DNA of 33,345 nt, taken from the IMG/VR virus record IMGVR_UViG_3300049009_000441, positions 1 to 33,345 of that record; one strand, written 5' to 3'. This DNA comes from a virus (taxonomy: Duplodnaviria > Caudoviricetes). A program made the position numbers and the translations under genes. The first letter of the stretch is position 1. Every line of letters begins with the position of its first letter. Shown one piece after another: positions 26,623 to 33,345 of the stretch. Below the pieces are notes generated by a model. The model was not told the origin of the DNA. It saw only the letters and a program-made list of their open reading frames with translations, and searched no databases.

Positions 26623-26978
26623 GGTAAAAGTGGGCGCGCGCCCGATAGGCGACGAATGGAGTCCAGCCGGTAAACTTTCAAGACGTTCCTGCGCTCGATC
26701 GTTATCAAGGGCAATTCCCATGGCAGGATGCTCCACACCTTGCCGATGTCCCCGGCCATCAGATAGACGTGCCAAGCATCGCATAGATCCGGAGGGAAAT
26801 CGACCTGTCCCACGATGAACTCAGGTGCAGCCACCGAGCAGACCGGCCTCCCCATCACGAAGAAGGACGGCGTGGAGAAAACAAACCCGTGCTGATGGTG
26901 CCATGTCAGATCCTCCTCGAAGGTCCGAGCACACGGTTCAAGGCCGTAAACACCCTTTGCCAGTTCGAAGGGGATCAT
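26619..26978 (-). CDS. Hypothetical protein (possibly GNAT-like fold)
   Basis: 119 aa, ATGA-coupled on both sides between TerL and the pre-portal gene; the fold guess is weak. Confidence 0.6.
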   Translation of the reverse strand: MIPFELAKGVYGLEPCARTFEEDLTWHHQHGFVFSTPSFFVMGRPVCSVAAPEFIVGQVDFPPDLCDAWHVYLMAGDIGKVWSILPWELPLITIERRNVLKVYRLDSIRRLSGARPLLP

Positions 26979-28567
26979 CGGCGCACCTTAAATGACCGGG
27001 TTTGCCCCTTCATGGATGAAATCCCCGTGTGCACCTTGACCACGCCACCGCCGGGCTTGGTCGGCATTGCAGAGCGGTCCACCAGCAGGCCCAAGCGGAT
27101 TGCCTGGTGAATGTACCCGAAGGCCGTCGATGCGTGAGAGGCCCAGTCATGCACCGGGACGTTGCGAATGGTCACCCCGTCCGCCTCCTCCTTCGCCCGG
27201 TACGCTTCGAGTGAGTCAATCCCACGCTCACAGTTGCTCTTGTGGAAGTAGCACCGGTTAAAAGCACTCAATGCGTCGTTCACGTTGTCCCACTCGTTGA
27301 CGATGCGGGGCATCACCACGACACCCTTCACCTCCGCCTCACGCATCAGCCGGGCCCACAGCGTCTCTCCATCGTGGGGGAGGAACATTCCGCCGTAAGC
27401 ATAGGACTTGGCCTTTAGTCGTGCCGCCCACTCGGCTGGGGTGTTGCAGTCATCACCGCCTTGGAGCGCTTCCAGCATGTTGATGCGGTCCCCGATGACT
27501 TGGAACAGCCAGCACCAGGTATTAGCCGGCGCCCCAATGTCGAAGGCAGCGTAAACCGGGAACCCCTCATAATGCTCCACGCGGTCATTGATCCGCCCAG
27601 CCGTGCGCCCCTTGTCGACGTCTGGCCCATAAATCGCGCCAATGATCGGAGTCATCCAGCATTCTTCCAACACCGTGGGGAACTCAGCGTAAATCTTCCG
27701 CCCCAGTTCCTTCTTCTTCTTGAAGTAAAACATCCGCTGGCCCGGCGTGAAAACATTCAGCGTCTGGACCTGCATCCGCTGAAAGTAATCGTTCGTCTCC
27801 TTGTCAATCTGCCGCGGGTCACCCTCCACCGTGTAGCGCTTTTCCTGCCACCAAGGGAAGAACATCACCTTGAAGTCCTTCACCGTGCGATACTCAGGCG
27901 GGGTTTCGAGTGACCTCTTAATGAGCTGATACCAGTCGCCGCCTTTGCCTCCCTTGTGCGTCGATTCAGCGAAGATCAATGCGTTTTCACCTGATGCCGC
28001 CTGAAGCACACCCGTCAGGATCTCCGTTGACCGCTCGGGATCGTCGTGAGCGATCGGACCCCACTCCGAGATATGCACCACTTGCGGGGTTTTACCGCGG
28101 GCCTTCATGCCGGCCGTGATGGTCGACCCATTGGCAAACTCCATGATGCTTTTATTGTCGATGACCAGTGCATCCTTTAGCGCTTCAGGCATCCGCTCCC
28201 ATGCGAATTTGACCTTCCCGAGCTTGGCCTGTGCATCCGGTGCCGTTTGATCGATAATTACCGCCCTGATGGTCTTCCCTGATGCGCAGAAGTGGGCTTC
28301 ATCGAACTCAATCAGGACAATCAGCGTGGTGAAACCCAGTTGCCGGGCCTTGGGGATCGCAATTCGCTTCTCTCCCTCGATGTAAACCGCGTGCAGCACC
28401 TCGCACTGGGGCTCATTCGGGACAAACTTCACCTCGTTGCCGTCCGCATCCTCGATCCAGTACAGGTTGCAGATGCGAACCAGGGGACACTTCAGCTTCT
28501 CCTCCACTTCCGCATCCGTCAGGTTGTCGGCAAGGAAGTAGTCGGCGGGGTTGATGCGGGGATTCAT
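26975..28567 (-). CDS. terL: Terminase large subunit
   Basis: Walker A KARQLGFTT, Walker B VVHISE, coupling motif EST, nuclease motifs FDIG, LPHDG and P.HDWASH. Confidence 0.93.
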   Translation of the reverse strand: MNPRINPADYFLADNLTDAEVEEKLKCPLVRICNLYWIEDADGNEVKFVPNEPQCEVLHAVYIEGEKRIAIPKARQLGFTTLIVLIEFDEAHFCASGKTIRAVIIDQTAPDAQAKLGKVKFAWERMPEALKDALVIDNKSIMEFANGSTITAGMKARGKTPQVVHISEWGPIAHDDPERSTEILTGVLQAASGENALIFAESTHKGGKGGDWYQLIKRSLETPPEYRTVKDFKVMFFPWWQEKRYTVEGDPRQIDKETNDYFQRMQVQTLNVFTPGQRMFYFKKKKELGRKIYAEFPTVLEECWMTPIIGAIYGPDVDKGRTAGRINDRVEHYEGFPVYAAFDIGAPANTWCWLFQVIGDRINMLEALQGGDDCNTPAEWAARLKAKSYAYGGMFLPHDGETLWARLMREAEVKGVVVMPRIVNEWDNVNDALSAFNRCYFHKSNCERGIDSLEAYRAKEEADGVTIRNVPVHDWASHASTAFGYIHQAIRLGLLVDRSAMPTKPGGGVVKVHTGISSMKGQTRSFKVRR

Positions 28568-28962
28568 CGTGCGTTACGAATCCGGTGCAGAAGTGAGCCC
28601 TCAACCTTCATCTCGACCTTGGTCGGTGCATCACACCCCAGCATCTTGGACGCCTGGGCCACCGCTCCGGTGACATCCCGGGACGTTGCCTTTGCGTCCC
28701 GCCCGCGGCGCTTCACTATCTTTGCCAGTGCCGCCAGCATTTCCTTGCGCGTTAGGACGTCTTCATCGGCCAGTGCCTTCTTCCCTTCGTCCAGTGCCTT
28801 CCTGATGCGTGGATTGGCCGCCAGCTGGCTTGCCTTGACCGCTGTCTGTTGGTTGTCGCACGGAGCATAACCGGCTTTCCGGTACGCATCCGCCTGGGTG
28901 TTCCCTTCGAGCACACACCGGACAAAGTTTTCCTGCATGGGTGAGAGAGGCCGGGGAGTCAT
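28564..28962 (-). CDS. terS: Terminase small subunit (132 aa; start corrected to 28962)
   Basis: LSPMQENFV...G.TQADAYRKAGY...ASQL...P.I HTH; ATGA overlap with terL; TGATG overlap upstream. Confidence 0.85.
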   Translation of the reverse strand: MTPRPLSPMQENFVRCVLEGNTQADAYRKAGYAPCDNQQTAVKASQLAANPRIRKALDEGKKALADEDVLTRKEMLAALAKIVKRRGRDAKATSRDVTGAVAQASKMLGCDAPTKVEMKVEGSLLHRIRNAR

Positions 28963-29318
28963 CAGTTGCACCCTCCCACTCCTAGCGCTGCCCAGTGCCA
29001 TTCACACACCAGCATGAATCCCTTGATCCGGGTGACTGGCATGGTGAACACGGCCAGCGCTTCCCCCCGCTTGTCTCCATCGGCAAACCAAACCAGCCAG
29101 CGCTGCCCGGCTTTCTTCTGGACCTGGAGCCGGTGCCGGTACTCCCCCGAGGTGATTGCTTGCTCACCAAAGCGAAGCTGAACCGCTTCCAGTGCCAGCT
29201 TGGCCTGTGTGGCCTTCACGTCTTTGACGAGGAGAACGGCCTGCCTACGGTTGATAACAGGGTCCTTGTGGTAGGAGGCGCGGGACTGGATCAGGGTTTC
29301 TTTGCCGAGTCTTATCAT
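28962..29318 (-). CDS. Hypothetical protein, first gene of the leftward operon
   Basis: 118 aa, TGATG-coupled to terS. Confidence 0.6.
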   Translation of the reverse strand: MIRLGKETLIQSRASYHKDPVINRRQAVLLVKDVKATQAKLALEAVQLRFGEQAITSGEYRHRLQVQKKAGQRWLVWFADGDKRGEALAVFTMPVTRIKGFMLVCEWHWAALGVGGCN

Positions 29319-29853
29319 GACCCTTGCCTAAGAGGTCCTGAGTAAAAGGCAAGGCTCCGGAGGAACGTATCCCTCACGGAGCCATGCAAGCATCAGGTGG
29401 AACCAGTGCAGGATTGGAAGGCTTGGCCATTGTCTCCTTTGTCTTCCTGTGTGGATCGGGGAAGAGAGTAGCAGGTGCGGGGTTTTCTGGGGATAGGGTC
29501 CAGTGAGTAAAGGGCTGTGGTGCGGGGCCTACTCCTTGTATTCGTTATCACTGGTTAGCGGTGAGGTTCGGGAGCAAAGACCCCCCTTCCCCAGCCGGTA
29601 AGGACTGAGGAAGGAGGAACTTTGCGGAAAGATTCGTCACACTGGTTGAGCGTGTCGGTCCGGTCGCTTTTGCCGGGAGACCTCGCGCACGGTATGGCCC
29701 ACGTTTTGCGCGTCTTTGTCAGTCTCCCAGAGTCGCACGGGCCCCTTGGTTCCCATGCACCATTTTGAAGGATCGGTTGAGTAGTTGCCCGCGAATCCTT
29801 CACCGTTAAAAAGAACGGATTTCTCGGTGCTTCGATCGTAACCGTACGGGCAC

Positions 29854-29890
29854 AAAAAAACCGCCTAGGGGTCGCATGTCTAGGCGGTTT
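29854..29890 (-). terminator. Leader terminator/attenuator
   Basis: 11-bp perfect stem AAACCGCCTAG/CTAGGCGGTTT with an 11-nt loop, running into T7 on the minus strand. Confidence 0.8.
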
Positions 29891-29949
29891 CCTAACTGGG
29901 AGGAACGGGCTTTAGTGTGAGTCTCCTCACAGTGCGACCCGTTCGGATG

Positions 29950-30020
29950 AGAGGAACCATCTCCTCTTTTTCTGTCCTTTCAAGTTTTTTTGAAATAGCC
30001 GTATATTACGCTTTCATACC
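29950..30020. promoter_or_regulatory. Divergent back-to-back promoter region
   Basis: TTTCAA (29978-29983) and TTGAAA (29990-29995) give a -35-like hexamer on each strand at the gene-orientation switch; the -10 elements are non-consensus. Confidence 0.45.
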
Positions 30021-30108
30021 GCCGTAGGTTCTGATTGGATCTTCACATCGGCAAGGAGTCACGACCCTTGGACCGATACCAGATCAACTCACGAATCCAG
30101 TCACACCT

Positions 30109-30453
30109 ATGTCATCACACACGCCCGGACCTTGGGCTTCCAACGTCCTCACCGTTTGCGGGGTTCCCGCCAACTTTACCGTCACCGCAGTGGATTCCAG
30201 TTCGATGGAACCCATTTGCTTTGCCCCGACTTTCTCCCCCCGCAAGTACACGGAGATTGCCGCCAACTCCCGCCTCATTGCCGCCGCCCCTGAGTTGCTT
30301 CACCAGCTTCACATGGTCCTGCCATACCTTGAGCAGTTGCGCGATGACGAGGCCAACCTAAAAGCGTCCGAGCGGACATACAAGGATGGTGTTTTGGCAA
30401 AGCTTGCTTCCGAAACATTGGCCATAATCCGTCAGGCGGAAGGAGCCAAATAA
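30109..30453 (+). CDS. Conserved phage early protein (HTPGPW...AN.RLIAAAPELL family)
   Basis: Both hallmark motifs are present. Confidence 0.8.
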   Translation: MSSHTPGPWASNVLTVCGVPANFTVTAVDSSSMEPICFAPTFSPRKYTEIAANSRLIAAAPELLHQLHMVLPYLEQLRDDEANLKASERTYKDGVLAKLASETLAIIRQAEGAK

Positions 30454-30506
30454 CCATTCAATAAACACGAATCGAAAACGTGTTTAAAAGTAATAAATAA
30501 ATAAGC

Positions 30507-30704
30507 ATGAGCGCGTCCACCAATTCGATCTTTGCCCCGTTCGCTGAAGCCATCAGGGACGGCCACCGCATCGCCTACAACCTGCCCGCCAAGCCCGCAC
30601 CTGAACCAGCCAAAGCCCCTGCTTACACCGATGAACAAGCCTCCACCACTAACCCAGCCCTTGCCGCTTGGTACGATCGCCCAGGATGCTATTCCGGCGA
30701 CTGA
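30507..30704 (+). CDS. Small hypothetical early protein ending in YSGD
   Basis: 65 aa, A-rich initiation region, C-ending codon bias like its neighbours. Confidence 0.65.
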   Translation: MSASTNSIFAPFAEAIRDGHRIAYNLPAKPAPEPAKAPAYTDEQASTTNPALAAWYDRPGCYSGD

Positions 30705-30760
30705 GCCCAGAGACGACTTTACCCCGCCATCACCAAAACAACAACAATCCGACCTTGCCC

Positions 30761-31120
30761 ATGACCTCAGTAATTATTCCCGCCGACGTTTCCGCACTGG
30801 ACCCCACGAATAGCGGCCAACCTGTGGAATCGTGCCCGCCAAAGTTTAAGATATATTCCCCCACGACCTCAATGACGATTGAGCAGGTTGAAGCCCTGGC
30901 CCGTCAGTTAATCCCCGTGCCAATTGGTGCACTGATTATAGGCCAAACCCTTCAAACGTGCCATGCCGACCGCGCAAACATAGTACGGTGGTCAATCTCC
31001 CACTTCAAGCCGAACCAGTGCAATTCATGCACGCAGGCAGAAGGCACTACGCCACTCGAAGCACTTTCCATTTTAGTCAACAAACTCATCCCATGCGATT
31101 CCTCAACTCCCTCCGTTTAA
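30761..31120 (+). CDS. Hypothetical protein (119 aa; start likely 30761)
   Basis: ATG after a CAA-rich leader; AEGTTPLEAL C-terminal motif. Confidence 0.5.
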   Translation: MTSVIIPADVSALDPTNSGQPVESCPPKFKIYSPTTSMTIEQVEALARQLIPVPIGALIIGQTLQTCHADRANIVRWSISHFKPNQCNSCTQAEGTTPLEALSILVNKLIPCDSSTPSV

Positions 31121-31257
31121 CCTACCATTCCGCCCTCTGCGCCTTCTGGCAGGGGCTTTATCACTTCGCCTTCGACCAGTGCGTTAACCACGAACGCCGC
31201 CACAGCAAAATCCTTTGCTCCGAGATTAAAATTAAACCCTCCAAATTTTCCCGCTAA
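31093..31257 (+). CDS. Small hypothetical protein (54 aa)
   Basis: MRFLNSLRLTYHSALCAFW...; TAATG coupling to the next gene. Confidence 0.45.
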   Translation: MRFLNSLRLTYHSALCAFWQGLYHFAFDQCVNHERRHSKILCSEIKIKPSKFSR

Positions 31258-32156
31258 TGGACACCACAACCGAACTCATTGAACTTGCTGGCCTATCCAG
31301 CACCGCCTTAACCGCTACCGACGCCGCCAAGCAGCGCCGGGACGAGCTCCTTACCCTGGCCCGCAAGGGCACCATCGTTAAAACAGCCGACTCCGCCCAG
31401 CGTGCCGGGATCGTCTTGAAGGAAATCACCGCCTTCACGCGCCAAATCGAGGCCAGCCGCAAGCGTGCTAAAGATCCCGTCATCGCCCTGGGCAAGGCCA
31501 TTGAAGCCTTGGCCGATGAACTTTGCGCCCCCCTCACCGCTGAAGCTAATCGCATCGGCGGGCTGATTGCCACCTTCCAGGAAGAACAGCGCCGTCTCGA
31601 ACAGGAAGCCCGCCGCAAGGCCTTTGAGGAACAGGAGCGCATCCGCAAAGAGGCAGAAGAGAAGGAGCGCCTTGCCCGTGAAGCCGCCGAACTTGAGGCC
31701 CGCAAAGCCCGGGAGGCACAGGAAAAAGCCGACCGTGAAGCCGCAGAGCTCGAAGCCAAAGCCGACCGTGCACGTTCTGCCGAGCGCCAGGCTCAACTTC
31801 AGAAGGAAGCTGCCGAGCGCCGCGCCGCCGCTGAAGAACAAGCCCGCAAGGATGAAGCCGCCCGCAAGGAGGCCCAGGAAAAGGCAGACCGTGAACGTGC
31901 AGAAGCCCAGAAGGCCCTGGCCGCCCAGAATACCGCGGTATCCATGGCCGTGGCTCCCAAGCTCGAAGGCCTTACCCTACGCTCCGAAATCAAGTTCGAG
32001 GTGACCGACATTCATGCGCTTTTCTCGGCTCTCCCTGGAATGGTCTTACTCACCCCCAACAATGCGGCCATCAAGGCCCAGCTCAAAACCCTCCCTGAAG
32101 GCCAATCCCTCCCCGGCGTCCGCCACTGGAAGGAAGCCAAGACCTCCGTCCGCTAA
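31257..32156 (+). CDS. Coiled-coil protein with Gp157-like C-terminal domain
   Basis: Long E/A/R/K coiled coil; C-terminal KFEVTD......P......PN..AIK.......LPGV motif. Confidence 0.7.
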   Translation: MDTTTELIELAGLSSTALTATDAAKQRRDELLTLARKGTIVKTADSAQRAGIVLKEITAFTRQIEASRKRAKDPVIALGKAIEALADELCAPLTAEANRIGGLIATFQEEQRRLEQEARRKAFEEQERIRKEAEEKERLAREAAELEARKAREAQEKADREAAELEAKADRARSAERQAQLQKEAAERRAAAEEQARKDEAARKEAQEKADRERAEAQKALAAQNTAVSMAVAPKLEGLTLRSEIKFEVTDIHALFSALPGMVLLTPNNAAIKAQLKTLPEGQSLPGVRHWKEAKTSVR

Positions 32157-32167
32157 ATTTCCCACCC

Positions 32168-32371
32168 ATGAAACACACCATCAAAATCACCGCCACCATT
32201 ACCAACCCCGAGGGGAAGGAAATCTTCCGCTCCGAGCATAACCAGGCCGTCCCCATGGACGCTGAAGCAAAGATGTTCTTTGCCGATATGGTCCCGCCCA
32301 TCGAGCGAGTCCTTTCCGATGCCCACCGCAAGTTCCTCCCCACCGAAGAAGAAGCCGCCAGCCAAAACTAA
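32168..32371 (+). CDS. Hypothetical protein
   Basis: 67 aa, tightly packed, coding-like codon usage. Confidence 0.65.
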   Translation: MKHTIKITATITNPEGKEIFRSEHNQAVPMDAEAKMFFADMVPPIERVLSDAHRKFLPTEEEAASQN

Positions 32372-32377
32372 TCCATC

Positions 32378-32650
32378 ATGAGCTCCACTGAAAACCCAAT
32401 CCACGCCCCCGGCCTCCCGCCGCGCCACCACTTGCAGAAGGGTGACGAGAAGCGCATCCGACTCGCCGGCGGTCCCTTCGTCGACACCCACACCCTTGCG
32501 GACTTCGCCCTTTGGCACCGCCGCGGAGTGAGTCAGGGGATCATCATTGACCGCCTCACCTTGCACGCCAAGGCGACCGGCTTCGACCCCGTGACCAACC
32601 TAGTAAAAAACCCGCTCCCAGCCAAAGGCCAGAAAGCGGGTTCACGATAG
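32378..32650 (+). CDS. Hypothetical protein, possible ribbon-helix-helix regulator
   Basis: 90 aa; strand-helix-GVSQGIIIDRL pattern resembles RHH proteins (weak). Confidence 0.55.
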   Translation: MSSTENPIHAPGLPPRHHLQKGDEKRIRLAGGPFVDTHTLADFALWHRRGVSQGIIIDRLTLHAKATGFDPVTNLVKNPLPAKGQKAGSR

Positions 32651-32719
32651 GTCCAGTCACGGGCCTATCTCCAACAGATCAATTTCCGTCAGAAAATCAA
32701 CACCCAACACACAGAACCA

Positions 32720-33345
32720 ATGAGCAATAATATCATCACCCTCGGCCAAATCACCGAGATGATCGCAGGCGACAAGGACAACCCCACATGGATCAACGAC
32801 GACTTTGAGGCCGTTGTCACCAACGTGAAGGAGTCCAAGACCAAAACGGACAAGGTCTATTACACGGCCTCCCTCCAAGATCCCCATTCCTCCAACATCA
32901 CCCTGGACGCTACGTTCTGGATGAATGGCATCCCCGCCAAACAGGGGAAGGTTTGCCGCTTCAGTGGCCAAGGCATGAAGCTGGAAGCATACAAGGGAAA
33001 CCTGAAGCTCACCGTTGGCGACAAGGCGACCATCAACGTGGTAGGCGCCGCCCAGAACACCGCCAGCAAGCCCCCAGTCACCCAGACCAAGCCCGCCCCC
33101 GGCCAGACCCGTGCACCGGCCGCATCCGGTAAACGCCCGATCAACGGCGCAACCGTTGGCATGGCGATCAATCAGGCGATTGGGATCATCAAGGACTCCC
33201 AGCCCGACGCCCCGCTTTCCGGTTATTACCTGACGCCCGCGTTCGGCAAGGACCTCCACACGCTGGCATCCGACATCATCCGCGTCTCCGCCTACCTCGA
33301 AGCCGGAAACTTGGCTGATCCCTCGAACAAGCGCAACGCCCCGCC
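32720..33345 (+). CDS. OB-fold single-stranded DNA-binding protein (3' partial; absent from the ORF track)
   Basis: My translation is open to the window end: MSNNIITLGQI...FEAVVTNVKESKTKTDKVYYTASLQDPHSSNITLDATFW...GKVCRFSG..MKLEAYKGNLKLTVGDKATI, a Pro-rich linker, then INGATVGMAINQAI. Confidence 0.7.
   Translation, partial: MSNNIITLGQITEMIAGDKDNPTWINDDFEAVVTNVKESKTKTDKVYYTASLQDPHSSNITLDATFWMNGIPAKQGKVCRFSGQGMKLEAYKGNLKLTVGDKATINVVGAAQNTASKPPVTQTKPAPGQTRAPAASGKRPINGATVGMAINQAIGIIKDSQPDAPLSGYYLTPAFGKDLHTLASDIIRVSAYLEAGNLADPSNKRNAP

Noticed and set aside
29555-29855. 82-aa and 72-aa minus-strand ORFs in the control region
   Set aside because: Non-ATG starts, one within the terminator T tract, with no recognisable motifs. 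Treated as non-coding, although a short peptide cannot be excluded.
29319-30108. tRNA gene or mini-CRISPR array in the large intergenic region
   Set aside because: No cloverleaf with T-loop/D-loop consensus and no regularly spaced direct repeats were found by eye.
31580-31920. Apparent short repeats (GCCGACCGTG, GCCCGCAA) in the coiled-coil gene
   Set aside because: Explained by low-complexity E/A/R/K coding with biased codons.

Overview
The window is most of a tailed dsDNA phage genome (podovirus-type, T7/BPP-1-like head-tail architecture), probably circularly permuted. A minus-strand late operon (29318 to 1992) encodes terminase small and large subunits, portal, scaffold, major capsid protein, a capsid-associated protein, a long fibre-like protein, tail tubular proteins A and B, a cupin protein, three internal virion proteins, an SGNH-type tail spike and an atypical membrane/lysis cluster with no recognisable endolysin. 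The largest internal virion protein (2487 aa) is polyvalent and carries two ADP-ribosyltransferase-like cassettes. Plus-strand early genes lie at both ends: RusA-like resolvase, ASCH, HNH proteins, a Gp157-like coiled-coil protein and an OB-fold SSB. A ~790 bp structured intergenic region separates the two arms. The most unusual signals are: (1) a RusA-like fold apparently split over two overlapping open frames; (2) an AT-rich HNH endonuclease that appears to have captured the C-terminus of its host gene and supplied a recoded replacement; (3) an RNA-level control layer, comprising a 3'-UTR element antisense to several translation starts, a switchable capsid leader and a terminator-loop pseudoknot attenuator; (4) a phage S26 signal peptidase next to a lipoprotein/multi-pass membrane hybrid. 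All family calls come from motif recognition by eye. No database search or folding computation was run.
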